64,000 nt of DNA from a virus, in the IMG/VR virus record IMGVR_UViG_3300027833_000016; one strand, 5' to 3'. The number at the start of each line of letters is the position of its first letter. Within the stretch, counting starts at the first letter, position 1. Under the pieces are notes generated by a model. The model ran no database searches, was not told the origin of the DNA, and worked only from the letters and a program-made list of their open reading frames with translations. This document shows, piece after piece, positions 1 to 9,401 of the stretch. Position numbers and translations under genes: made by a program.

Positions 1-1
1 A

Positions 2-1186
2 GAGAACAAGAACACTCACATGACTCACATCGAAGATAAGGTTATCTACGGTGGGGTTAAGGGCACACGCGAAGCAATCAATGCTCTACGCGAACTCCGT
101 GATGTGTTGGCAGGTGGTGGTAAAGCAAACCTATCTACTAAGTGGGATGGTGCCCCTGCTATCTTCGCAGGTACCGATCCTAGTGACGGTAAGTTCTTTG
201 TGGCAAAGAAGGGTATCTTCAATAAGAACCCACAGATCTATAAGACTCCTGCTGATTGTGATGAGTTCCTATCTGGTGACCTCGCAGTTAAGATGAAGGA
301 TGCGTTGAAGTATCTACCTGAACTGGGTATCCAAGGTGTCATCCAAGGTGATTTCTTATTCGGTGCAGGTGATGTTGAAACCAAAACAATAGAGGGTACG
401 AAGTATACAACCTTCCACCCCAACACGATTGTATATGCCATACCTTTCGATCAGTCTAAGATAGTACGAGACGCGAAAATCGGCATAGTGTGGCACACTA
501 CATATAAGGGTAAAGACTTTGAAAACATGAGTGCAACTTATGGTGTCGAAGTATCCAAACTTAAACGAAGTAAGAATGTCTGGAGTCAAGACGCAATGTT
601 GCGTTCTGTTGATGCTACCATGACACAAAAAGAAACGGAGCAAGTAAATGACCTATTATCAAAGATTGGTAAACTATTTAACCAAATTGCGGGATCGACT
701 CTTAGAGTTCTTGAATCAAACCCCACCCTTGCCGGAACCATTGAAACCTACGGTAACACCCTCGTCCGTAAAGGCACCTACATCCAAAACCCCAAAGCGC
801 ACACGCGCTCCCTCATCGCGTACATCCAAGGGAAGTACCAAAAAGAAATCGACAAGCGTAGCACCGAAAAGGGCAAAAGCGTCCAAATCGCAAAACTCGA
901 AGAAGTAATGAAGTTCTTCTCTCCGCAGAACCGAGCATCTTTAGAAAAGATGTTCGAAATGCAGAAGTTGATCGTTCTAGCAAAACTGAAACTTATAAAT
1001 AAACTAAACAGTTTAAAGAAAATTGACACATTCGTTAAGACCCGACAAGGTTTTAAAGTGACATCCGAAGAAGGATATGTGGCAATCGATAAACTTGGTG
1101 GTGATGCTGTGAAACTTGTTGATCGTATGGAGTTCTCATACAACAACTTTTCACCCGATATACTAAAGGGTTGGGAGAAATCTTAA
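2..1186 (+). CDS. Conserved T4-like phage protein (DUF6267-like) with ATP-dependent ligase-like motifs; probably 5'-truncated by the window edge
   Basis: Frame is open from base 2 (ENKNTHMTHIED...). KWDG, QGDF, EEGYV and VKLVDR motifs. Lies upstream of an HxGH nucleotidyltransferase as in marine T4-likes. Confidence 0.7.
   Translation, partial: ENKNTHMTHIEDKVIYGGVKGTREAINALRELRDVLAGGGKANLSTKWDGAPAIFAGTDPSDGKFFVAKKGIFNKNPQIYKTPADCDEFLSGDLAVKMKDALKYLPELGIQGVIQGDFLFGAGDVETKTIEGTKYTTFHPNTIVYAIPFDQSKIVRDAKIGIVWHTTYKGKDFENMSATYGVEVSKLKRSKNVWSQDAMLRSVDATMTQKETEQVNDLLSKIGKLFNQIAGSTLRVLESNPTLAGTIETYGNTLVRKGTYIQNPKAHTRSLIAYIQGKYQKEIDKRSTEKGKSVQIAKLEEVMKFFSPQNRASLEKMFEMQKLIVLAKLKLINKLNSLKKIDTFVKTRQGFKVTSEEGYVAIDKLGGDAVKLVDRMEFSYNNFSPDILKGWEKS
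994..1001 (+). promoter_or_regulatory. T4-type late promoter (TATAAATA), internal to the upstream CDS
   Basis: Exact TATAAATA about 220 nt upstream of the next gene. Confidence 0.45.
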
Positions 1187-1220
1187 CTCGCTAATGGGAA
1201 GAATCAAAGAGGAACCAAAA

Positions 1221-1613
1221 GTGGCAGATAAACCGCTTAGATTTAAAGAGTTTGTAGAGATCGAAGAATCTCCAGACGAAGCATTGAATATGACGCAACG
1301 TCTTGCGCGTGGTCGTACCTTCAAGAAGAACAAAGCAAAGATTGCTATGGGTCGCAAACGTGCGTCTCGTAAGATAGCATCTATGGATACCCTCAAGAAA
1401 CGTTCTCGCAAAGCGGCACGAACCGTACTCCTAAAGAAAATGACCAAAGACGTGCCCAAGGGTGAGTTGTCATTGTCTCGTAGACAAGATATAGAGAAGC
1501 GATTAGAGAAGAAGAAAGGGGTTATCGATAAGATGGCAAAGAAATTGTTGCCACAAGTTCGTAAGAAAGAGATGATGAAGAAGAAAGGACAAGGATCTAA
1601 TAATGCCAATTAA
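1221..1613 (+). CDS. Highly basic putative internal head/core protein
   Basis: GTG start after GAGGA (ORF track starts at 1194). LRFKEFVEIEE resembles a capsid-targeting sequence. K/R-rich body. Confidence 0.6.
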   Translation: MADKPLRFKEFVEIEESPDEALNMTQRLARGRTFKKNKAKIAMGRKRASRKIASMDTLKKRSRKAARTVLLKKMTKDVPKGELSLSRRQDIEKRLEKKKGVIDKMAKKLLPQVRKKEMMKKKGQGSNNAN

Positions 1614-3312
1614 GAATTTCTCTTCGTATTTGATCGAAGAGAACAGAGAAGTATACTTCACCTTTGGTCGTATGAATCCTCCTACTATCGGTCACGGTAA
1701 GGTGATGGATGTACTCGCGTCCAAGTCAGGTAAGTCTGACTATAAAGTATACCTGTCGCAATCAGTGAACCCTAAGAAGGATCCACTGACGTATGCAGAC
1801 AAGGTTAAACACACAAGAAAGATGTTTCCAAAACACGCACGTCAAGTTATACTAGACAAGGGTGTTAGGAGCGTGTTCGATATCGCAGTCAAACTATATG
1901 ACCAAGGTTACACTAAGGTCAACATGGTTGTGGGCGCAGACCGTATTCGTGAGTTCGAAGTACTGTTAGCAAAGTACAACGGAACTAAAGCACGTCATGG
2001 GTTCTATAAGTTTCAGAAGATCAGTATCATATCGGCAGGTCAAAGAGATCCCGATGCTACTGGTGTTGAAGGTATGTCTGCGTCTAAGCAACGAGACAAT
2101 GCCTCAAAGAATGACTACACCACGTTCTCCCAAGGTGTACCAACGTCTATGTCTGATGCAGATACACGGAAGTTGTTCAATGATGTTCGGAGTGGAATGG
2201 GTCTCAAGGAAGAGCATCAATTCTCAAGACACATACAGTTAGAGACAGTATCCGAGACGCGTGAAGCATACGTCAAAGGATCCCTGTTTGCTGTAGGTGA
2301 CGAAGTGGTAATCAAAGATACAGACGAGTTGGCAACTGTTGCAGTACTAGGTACCAACTATGTTATCATCGAATCAGACGGTAAGAAGATGCGCAAGTGG
2401 TTGGATGCCGTTGAGTTGATCGAGAAGAAACATCCCTGTAAGGGACTATCCGAAGACGATCCATGTTGGGACTCGCATAAGCAAGTCGGCATGAAGACTA
2501 AGAACGGAAAGCAGGTTCCTAACTGCGTACCCAAAGAAGATGCCGATGATAAGTTCGGTAAGAAGAAAGGTATGGGGTTTCGCGCACACGCTACTAAGAT
2601 CGAAGAAGATGTGTCACAGAAAGAACTCAATGACCTAGAGAAGTTTGCTGATCGTTTGTTAAATAAGTTTGATGTTGATATCGAATTCACACGTCACTTC
2701 GCTGATCGTATGAATGACAAGCGTAACAAACCTGCCATTACTGTCGCAGAGTTACAACGTTTGTTTAAGAAGATGGCAGACAACAAGGGTAAGAAGATTA
2801 AGAAGCACGGTAACAGTGAAGCAATCCTAAAGGATATGCAGTCTGATCTAAACCTACCTGTAGTGATTAACTGGAAGAACGGTGAGTTCGAAGTTGTTAA
2901 CAAAACAATAATGCGCAAGAAAGCATTCAAGTCACCTGATCCCGAACTCAAGTATGAAGGAGTTGAATTGGACGAGAATTGGTTTACTGATTGGGTTGCA
3001 GGGTTAAGTGCTAAGTCTGTACAGAAGTCTGACTATGCTAAAGCGGCAAAGTGGGTTGAGGCAGAGATCAAGAAGTCTAAGGGTAGACACGGAGCAGACT
3101 ACTACGCACAAGAACTTATCCGTAAGTCTGGTGCTAAGATGAACCGTAAGCAGATTGTGTCATTGGTTTCTACAACCGAAGCAGTTGATCATATGGCAAA
3201 GGCAGATAAGAAGATAGATAAAGAGGTCGAAGCAGATAAGAAGAAGCATGACCGTATCTTAGATCGTGCTAGACTTGCTCGTGCTAGGCAGAAGAACAGG
3301 ACAACCAAGTGA
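1603..3312 (+). CDS. Cytidylyl/adenylyltransferase-like (HxGH) protein with appended C-terminal modules
   Basis: TFGRMNPPTIGH and MSASK motifs. C-terminal modules include PCWDSHKQVG..VPNCVP and EFTRHFADRMND, separated by x-x-E sites. Confidence 0.8.
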   Translation: MPIKNFSSYLIEENREVYFTFGRMNPPTIGHGKVMDVLASKSGKSDYKVYLSQSVNPKKDPLTYADKVKHTRKMFPKHARQVILDKGVRSVFDIAVKLYDQGYTKVNMVVGADRIREFEVLLAKYNGTKARHGFYKFQKISIISAGQRDPDATGVEGMSASKQRDNASKNDYTTFSQGVPTSMSDADTRKLFNDVRSGMGLKEEHQFSRHIQLETVSETREAYVKGSLFAVGDEVVIKDTDELATVAVLGTNYVIIESDGKKMRKWLDAVELIEKKHPCKGLSEDDPCWDSHKQVGMKTKNGKQVPNCVPKEDADDKFGKKKGMGFRAHATKIEEDVSQKELNDLEKFADRLLNKFDVDIEFTRHFADRMNDKRNKPAITVAELQRLFKKMADNKGKKIKKHGNSEAILKDMQSDLNLPVVINWKNGEFEVVNKTIMRKKAFKSPDPELKYEGVELDENWFTDWVAGLSAKSVQKSDYAKAAKWVEAEIKKSKGRHGADYYAQELIRKSGAKMNRKQIVSLVSTTEAVDHMAKADKKIDKEVEADKKKHDRILDRARLARARQKNRTTK

Positions 3313-3581
3313 TTAATTTTAAGAAATACCTTGACGAAGGTCGCTATAAGAGTTATAATACTCTTGACATTGGCGAGTCTCCTGATGGTATCTCTGGTAA
3401 GGCAAAGAAATCAGGCATATCCACAGACATACTAAATAAGGTATATGACAGAGGTTTCGCGGCATGGAAGACATCCCACCGTGCAGGAACCACACCCCAA
3501 CAATGGGCAATGGCACGAGTTAATAGTTTCATTGCTAAAAAGAAATCTGGTAAGTTAAACCACGACAAGGATCTAGCATAA
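3309..3581 (+). CDS. Small conserved viral protein (DUF5824-like)
   Basis: VYDRGFAAW..HR...QQWAMARVNSF motif. N-terminus MINFKKYLDE. Confidence 0.65.
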   Translation: MINFKKYLDEGRYKSYNTLDIGESPDGISGKAKKSGISTDILNKVYDRGFAAWKTSHRAGTTPQQWAMARVNSFIAKKKSGKLNHDKDLA

Positions 3582-3582
3582 C

Positions 3583-4866
3583 ATGAGAACGTTTAAAGAT
3601 ATACGAGAGAGTGCCAAAGGCATGGTAGGTGGTTTCTCAGTAGAGATACCCAAGCAAACTATCTCTGGTAAGACTATAGGTGGCGGTAAGAATGGTATCT
3701 TTGTTAAGGCAAAGACTGCTCGTCAAGCAATCAGCATGGCGGCAAAACGTCTGGGTGTTGATTTCAAGATGCTTAAAGTCGGTAAGGTAATTAAAGAGTC
3801 TGTCGAGTCATTAGACGAAGCATATCAGCAATTCTTGGATAAGTCGCCTAGTAACTGGGGTGAGGAAAAGGTAGTCGCTTACGGAACCAAGAAAGGTTAC
3901 AAAGTGATCGGTGTATGTGGTCATGGTAGAATAGACGGTATTGTATTATTCGGTCTTGATGCGAGTGATAAATCATATGTTGGTAAGGAAGCAAAGGTTA
4001 AGACTGGTCAAACAGTATTCCGTTATGCTACTCGCAATAGTATGGCAGGTGACATCTTTCCTTTAGTTAAGATTGATGTTAAGAAAGGTCTTCTATATAA
4101 CCTATCTCAGAAGTCAAGTGAAGGTGAGATCGAACACGCAGAGTTTGAGACCAAAAGTGTTAAGTTGCGCTATCTGCGTCTTGCCGCGACTGCGAACCTC
4201 CGTGATATTACTGGGTTCGATCCCGGATTCGGTTCAATGAAAGAGTCTGTTGACCTTGAAGAAGCAATGGGCAAGTTAAATGCCAAAGGCGAGATCGAGA
4301 TGACTGCAAAGAACTTTGCCAAGGTTCATAAAGATTACAAGACTAAGATGAAAGGCGTTCCATATGCTATGCAGATCGATCCTAAAACTGGCGGTTCTGC
4401 ATTATACCCAGTTAAGATCATCAAAGAGTCTGTTGAAGAAGGTAAGAAACCAGTATCACAGATGACTCCTGCCGAGAAGAAAGCAGATGCAAAGAGACGT
4501 AAAGAATACAATGCGCATCAAAAGTCAAAGCGTGAGTCACTTGACCTCGAAGAAGGGAAGATGAAAGACTTCCACGATATGGTAAAGAGAGGCATGACTG
4601 CCGCACAGATTGCTAAGAAGATTGGCATGAAAGAGAAAGATGTTGCGGAGTTTATGAAAGGTATGAATGAAGCAAAGGATAATTCTTACACTGTTGTTCA
4701 TGCTAAGAAAGGTAAGGTAGTAGTTACTGCACCCACTTCATATGATGCGGCACAGAAAGCGGCAAAGCAATGGAAACTAAAGTCTACTGGCGGTGTTGAT
4801 GCTTATCTTATGAAAGAGTCTGTTGACCTTGATCTGACGCGACTGAAATTACTACTGGGTAGATAG
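3583..4866 (+). CDS. Modular putative internal head polyprotein
   Basis: N-terminus MRTFKDIRE. Recurrent linkers KESV(D/E)(L)EE and ESLDLEE. Confidence 0.6.
   Translation: MRTFKDIRESAKGMVGGFSVEIPKQTISGKTIGGGKNGIFVKAKTARQAISMAAKRLGVDFKMLKVGKVIKESVESLDEAYQQFLDKSPSNWGEEKVVAYGTKKGYKVIGVCGHGRIDGIVLFGLDASDKSYVGKEAKVKTGQTVFRYATRNSMAGDIFPLVKIDVKKGLLYNLSQKSSEGEIEHAEFETKSVKLRYLRLAATANLRDITGFDPGFGSMKESVDLEEAMGKLNAKGEIEMTAKNFAKVHKDYKTKMKGVPYAMQIDPKTGGSALYPVKIIKESVEEGKKPVSQMTPAEKKADAKRRKEYNAHQKSKRESLDLEEGKMKDFHDMVKRGMTAAQIAKKIGMKEKDVAEFMKGMNEAKDNSYTVVHAKKGKVVVTAPTSYDAAQKAAKQWKLKSTGGVDAYLMKESVDLDLTRLKLLLGR
4237..4832 (+). repeat. Exact 23-bp direct repeat ATGAAAGAGTCTGTTGACCTTGA (4237-4259, 4810-4832); partial copies at 3793, 4423 and 4534
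   Basis: Read directly from the sequence. Confidence 0.85.
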
Positions 4867-4868
4867 AC

Positions 4869-5219
4869 ATGAAGAGTTTCAAAGATGTGGAACGCATTGA
4901 CGCACACTGTGAATGCACAGACTTGTATGAGGACTTGATGATTACTGAGTCTGAGTATCAGGGTAAGAAGGTTAAGTTGAACGACCCTATCCGTACATCC
5001 GAGAACCCAAACAAGAAGTTCAAGGTGTATGTGAAGAACGATCAAGGTAACGTAGTTGTTGTACGTTTCGGAGATCCTAAGATGTCGATCAAACGAGATG
5101 ATCCTGCAAGACGGAAGTCTTTCAGAGCAAGGCACGATTGTGCGAATCCGGGCCCAAAACATAAGGCACGGTATTGGAGTTGCTATCAATGGCGCGGAAG
5201 TGCCAAGGTAGACAGTTAA
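4869..5219 (+). CDS. DUF6321-like protein
   Basis: KKFKVYV...RFGD...RRKSFRARHDC...ARYWSC motif. Confidence 0.7.
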   Translation: MKSFKDVERIDAHCECTDLYEDLMITESEYQGKKVKLNDPIRTSENPNKKFKVYVKNDQGNVVVVRFGDPKMSIKRDDPARRKSFRARHDCANPGPKHKARYWSCYQWRGSAKVDS

Positions 5220-5224
5220 ATAAG

Positions 5225-5247
5225 TATAAATAGATGTTATATAAATA
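5225..5247 (+). promoter_or_regulatory. Tandem T4 late promoters (TATAAATA at 5225 and 5240)
   Basis: Two exact consensus matches in an intergenic gap. Confidence 0.8.
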
Positions 5248-5275
5248 ACATTATATCCTATGGGAACCCTGAACA

Positions 5276-5554
5276 ATGGCACAAGCAGACGATGCCCGAC
5301 TAGATCGGATCGAACAGAAAATCGACAAGTTAGCAGATGCTATGGTATCACTTGCTCGTACCGAGGAAAAGATTCTTGCGATGGAAGAGAACCATCGTAA
5401 TCATTACGAACGTATGAATAGATTCTCACAAAAGTTAGACGCAATAGAAATTAAAGTAAACGAAAATGCTCACACCGTGAGTATCATTAATAAAGTTACG
5501 TTTGTCGGGGTTGCCGCTATTATCGGTGCCATCGTTAAAACGTTCTGGTTCTAG
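5276..5554 (+). CDS. Coiled-coil protein with C-terminal transmembrane helix (holin/XhlA-like candidate)
   Basis: Heptad-rich N-terminus and hydrophobic C-terminus VTFVGVAAIIGAIV. Confidence 0.5.
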   Translation: MAQADDARLDRIEQKIDKLADAMVSLARTEEKILAMEENHRNHYERMNRFSQKLDAIEIKVNENAHTVSIINKVTFVGVAAIIGAIVKTFWF

Positions 5555-5566
5555 GAGACCGTAAGC

Positions 5567-6454
5567 ATGAAAGGTAAAGATATGAGTAAGACAATGGAGG
5601 CATATTTGTCTATGGTCTCCGAAGCAAAAGCAAAGTTGGATCCAGTAGACGATAAGGCAAACGATAAGAAGTTCAAGGATCGTAAAGACAAAGACATCGA
5701 TAACGATGGCGATGTTGATAGTTCTGATAAGTTCTTACATAAGAAGCGTAAGGCAATCGACAACGAGATTGACGGTGGAGAGAAACCTGCCGACAATGCT
5801 AAACCTAAGAAGGGTGTTAATCCTTTCAAGAAGGAAGAAGTTGAGATTGACGAAGCACGTCAGATGAAAGATCCTAAGAAAGACTCTATGGTCACTAAGG
5901 GTAATAAGACTATCGTAATCGACAAGTCTAAAGAGAAAGAATACCTCAAGAAGGGTTGGACTCTATCCGAAGCACAGGATGATACCGAAGCAGAGAAAGA
6001 CGATAAGAAACCTTTCCCACCTAAGAAGAAGAAAGAGAAGGGTGGAGCAGACGATGGTGAGACCGAAGCAGAAGCAGAAGATGATGAAGAAGCACCTGCT
6101 GAAACTGATGGTGAACCTGAGAACGATGATCCTAAGAAGAAGAAGAAGTCTGGTAACCCTAAGACTGATGACGGTACCGCAGAGATCTCTAAGATTGAAA
6201 GCACTAGTCACAAAGCATTCATTGAGATGTGGTCACAGATCGAAGAAGCAGTTAGTGGTGGAGCAAAACCTGCACCTGCCGAGAAGATCGATGACAAAGA
6301 GTCACCGAAGGGTAAAGAGTTCATTGCTTTACATAAGGTCGATAAGAAAGAAGTCGAAGATCTTCAAGGTGTTGAGAAACCCAAAGAAGTTAAGTTAAAG
6401 AAAGAAGCAAGTGAGTTTGAAGTAATTCGTGCCCTTCTATCTGGCAAAATCTAG
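5567..6454 (+). CDS. Charged low-complexity late protein with an EF-hand-like DxDxDGDxD loop
   Basis: DIDNDGDVDSSDKFLH. Several x-x-E sites (VEIDE, TLSE, QIEE). Confidence 0.6.
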   Translation: MKGKDMSKTMEAYLSMVSEAKAKLDPVDDKANDKKFKDRKDKDIDNDGDVDSSDKFLHKKRKAIDNEIDGGEKPADNAKPKKGVNPFKKEEVEIDEARQMKDPKKDSMVTKGNKTIVIDKSKEKEYLKKGWTLSEAQDDTEAEKDDKKPFPPKKKKEKGGADDGETEAEAEDDEEAPAETDGEPENDDPKKKKKSGNPKTDDGTAEISKIESTSHKAFIEMWSQIEEAVSGGAKPAPAEKIDDKESPKGKEFIALHKVDKKEVEDLQGVEKPKEVKLKKEASEFEVIRALLSGKI

Positions 6455-6470
6455 TAGTATTGCTTAACAC

Positions 6471-6500
6471 AAAAGAACCTCACTTAGGTGGGGTTTTTTT
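6471..6500. terminator. Rho-independent terminator, probably bidirectional
   Basis: AAAAGAACCTCAC-TTAG-GTGGGGTTTTTTT between convergent genes. Confidence 0.8.
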
Positions 6501-8058
6501 ATGCCCCCAGTTTGTTGATACGGTATTGGGCGAGTTTCTTATCCCATATGTCTTGATCAGATGATGAGAAGTGTTGCGCTCCGTTTCTTTCTCCATATAC
6601 GATATCAGGATCCTTTCCAAGTGAAGTGACCCAAGGCAGTGACCAGATACTTGGCATTCCATGATACGATTCATCGTACCACTCTCTCTGTAATTTTCTC
6701 ATATCACCTTCGGTATATCCATATTGGGGGTGAACCCATTGGTTCTCTCCGAATACGGTCTGCCATCCATAGGTACCCTGAAGAGATATCTTAGAGGACA
6801 CGTCCACCCTATTCTCATGCGATGGTTTATCTATGTACAATGGATACATATTAACGTGTCTATGACTGAAATTCTCTCCCAACCACTTCTGAGTGTTTCT
6901 CATAGAATCTATAGTCTCGTGTGGCAGACCTAAGATAAAGGACATATTAACCTCGAAGTGTTTGTCAAGCATAAGCAACCCTTCCTTTACCCTATCAGAT
7001 GCCATGCCCTTCCCAATTGCCTTTGCGCTTTGATGATTAAGAGATTCAACTCCATACCAGTGTCCCATAATCCCCATTTCTAAACAAGCATCTATTTCTC
7101 TTTGTCCTCTACTAATGAGTAGATCTGATCTCATGTATCCGTGGAACCTTGCCTTGAATGGTAAAGATTTTACAACCGCACCAAACTTCTCTATTTTCTC
7201 TGTCCGATCATTAATGGTTTCGTCTGTAAGAAGATAGTTTGTAACCCCCCACCTGTCATAGTTTTCTTGCATCTCAGACTCAAAGTCATCAACATCTCGT
7301 GTCCAGTCTCCCTTGACTCCTAGTGGATAGTATTCGCAAAACGCACAATGGAACCTACACCCTCGTGATAGTTCTATTGTCAAAGTCTCATTAGATTCGA
7401 TGTAGTCTCGTTCTTCATATGATACCTTCACAGTACGCTTGGGTTCTGCGGGATAATCATATCGACAATCGATCAACTTATACTGCTTAGAGTATAATCC
7501 ATGTCCATGCGTGTTTCTGGTCATCTTTTTAAACTTCAGATCCGATCCAGAGTTAGTTAGATATTTGCAGAGGGCATCCATACCATGCTCACCTCTACCT
7601 ATCATATGGTAGTCTGCGTCTGTACCAGAGATTGAATTGAACATCATACCACCTGCCACGGTAGTCACCCAAGGGTAGTTAGTTTTAATATAGTGGTTTA
7701 AGTTTATCTGTTTACCGTATCTCCCATTGAACGGCATACTGAAACCAACGAAGACTGTATCCTTGTGGATACGACTATCGACCAGTGCCTTTAGATCTTG
7801 CCAAGAGAAAGCATTCCAGAAGTCTATGACCTCCACATCCCATTCACCCGAATCACGCAGATGAGATGCTATTTTATGAGAACCTGCACTACGAGAGGAC
7901 TGTATCTTCCACTGCTTTGCAGGAAGACCAAACTGAGTGACCGCGCCATGTTTATCGCTTGCGTAAAGTTCCCAATTAGACTCAAGACCCTTTTCTGGTT
8001 CTAGGTTATCAATAGGATATTCTACGTTGAATATAGAAAATATTATACCATGATGCAT
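6499..8058 (-). CDS. B12-binding-domain radical SAM protein
   Basis: ELSRGCRFHCAFC (CxxxCxxC), upstream AGG..GRGE segment, GVESLN and FILGLPHET. Confidence 0.85.
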   Translation of the reverse strand: MHHGIIFSIFNVEYPIDNLEPEKGLESNWELYASDKHGAVTQFGLPAKQWKIQSSRSAGSHKIASHLRDSGEWDVEVIDFWNAFSWQDLKALVDSRIHKDTVFVGFSMPFNGRYGKQINLNHYIKTNYPWVTTVAGGMMFNSISGTDADYHMIGRGEHGMDALCKYLTNSGSDLKFKKMTRNTHGHGLYSKQYKLIDCRYDYPAEPKRTVKVSYEERDYIESNETLTIELSRGCRFHCAFCEYYPLGVKGDWTRDVDDFESEMQENYDRWGVTNYLLTDETINDRTEKIEKFGAVVKSLPFKARFHGYMRSDLLISRGQREIDACLEMGIMGHWYGVESLNHQSAKAIGKGMASDRVKEGLLMLDKHFEVNMSFILGLPHETIDSMRNTQKWLGENFSHRHVNMYPLYIDKPSHENRVDVSSKISLQGTYGWQTVFGENQWVHPQYGYTEGDMRKLQREWYDESYHGMPSIWSLPWVTSLGKDPDIVYGERNGAQHFSSSDQDIWDKKLAQYRINKLGA

Positions 8059-8065
8059 TTATGTG

Positions 8066-8094
8066 TTGACTTCTATCAGTACTTAGGTTATAAT
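8066..8094 (+). promoter_or_regulatory. Sigma70-like promoter
   Basis: TTGACT-N17-TATAAT. Confidence 0.7.
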
Positions 8095-8127
8095 ATATAT
8101 ACTATATAGATCAACACAAGGATATCA

Positions 8128-9051
8128 ATGAAATTCTACATACTTACATCTTCTCTCCTAGAAGGAGTACACCGCGCAACGAAGGTAATCCCTTCCAAAG
8201 ATATGGTGGTAGTAATAAACACAACCGACAAGGAATATGTCGAACGTGCCGTGGACTATTGTAATGAAAACGAACTCGAATACTATGTGACCGAATCAGA
8301 TGGTACTCCTGCCACAGGTAAGAACTCCGTACTGAAGTTGTTCCTAGAGAGTGACAACGACTACATGGTACACGTTGATGGTGATGATATAATCACACAT
8401 CATGGTTATCGACTATATACACGAATGGCAAAGCACGAGTCACCGCCCGACATGGTTGTTTTATACAGACAACCTCAGATCAGAGATATAATAGACTTCG
8501 ATTATGTACTAAATGAAGTCCAGAATCTAAACGAGCAAAAGGCGTTAAACCTTAATATCAAGTATCCTTATGATAAGTCTGACCCAACCTTTGGTACTAT
8601 CGACCACGAATACCTGATATATTACTTTAAGAAGTACTTTTTAATAAAAGACAAGACCGCAAACAGATGGGCAACTGATAGGGTAGAGTTCGCGAATATG
8701 ATGAACAAGTACTCTGAGTCTAAAGAGTTTATGGCAAGGATGGTATTCATCTCTCGTAACATTGCTCAAGAGATGTATTATGATCCTGTTCTTAGTGTTG
8801 GAGAAGATACCATACAGTTCTTGAAATTAAAACGACTTGCGGTAGAAGGGAAGTATAATATTATAAGAAGAAAAGAAAAGAACGTTCCTACATATATAAG
8901 TAACTATAACGAAAATTCTATTACTAACATAGTAGGACGGAAGGGTAACGACTGGGATTGGATAAGACCTCTCGTAGACGAGATCCTAAAATTGGGCAAC
9001 CTGCCCGAAGATATTAATTTACCAGAGTTAGATGATGCAACTTACCTATAA
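8128..9051 (+). CDS. GT-A (family 2-like) glycosyltransferase
   Basis: GTPATGKN...VHVDGDD and GED motifs. Confidence 0.6.
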   Translation: MKFYILTSSLLEGVHRATKVIPSKDMVVVINTTDKEYVERAVDYCNENELEYYVTESDGTPATGKNSVLKLFLESDNDYMVHVDGDDIITHHGYRLYTRMAKHESPPDMVVLYRQPQIRDIIDFDYVLNEVQNLNEQKALNLNIKYPYDKSDPTFGTIDHEYLIYYFKKYFLIKDKTANRWATDRVEFANMMNKYSESKEFMARMVFISRNIAQEMYYDPVLSVGEDTIQFLKLKRLAVEGKYNIIRRKEKNVPTYISNYNENSITNIVGRKGNDWDWIRPLVDEILKLGNLPEDINLPELDDATYL

Positions 9052-9400
9052 AACATTTCAACTGTATGCCGCACAGCACTACGAGAACCCTACCTGTATA
9101 GATTCAGAAGAGTTCTTTAATGACTTGAAGAGATTCAAGTATATTAAACGACTATTGAATCGATACTATTCTTCGGGTGAACTCAGTGAGAGACTAATCC
9201 TGAACCACCTGATTGTCATATTCAACTGTTGGGGTTACGAAAACGGAATAGAGATGTTGGCACTGAAGATAGATCCACCTCACTGGAGTGCATTGAAACC
9301 ATTCCTAGTGTACCTTAAAGCAGTAGAGAACGAAGACCTCACTGGTATCCCAATGGATGCTAATGTAATTACTGTATTACGAGCAATGAGACAGTTATAA
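9032..9400 (+). CDS. Conserved T4-like hypothetical protein (DUF7207-like)
   Basis: YAAQHYENP.C...EF..DLKRFKYIKRL...RLILNH motif. Confidence 0.75.
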   Translation: MMQLTYKTFQLYAAQHYENPTCIDSEEFFNDLKRFKYIKRLLNRYYSSGELSERLILNHLIVIFNCWGYENGIEMLALKIDPPHWSALKPFLVYLKAVENEDLTGIPMDANVITVLRAMRQL

Positions 9401-9401
9401 T

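Noticed and set aside
3793-4832. Direct repeats as a CRISPR array
   Set aside because: Irregular spacing (about 110-440 bp), in frame within a CDS, and no cas genes
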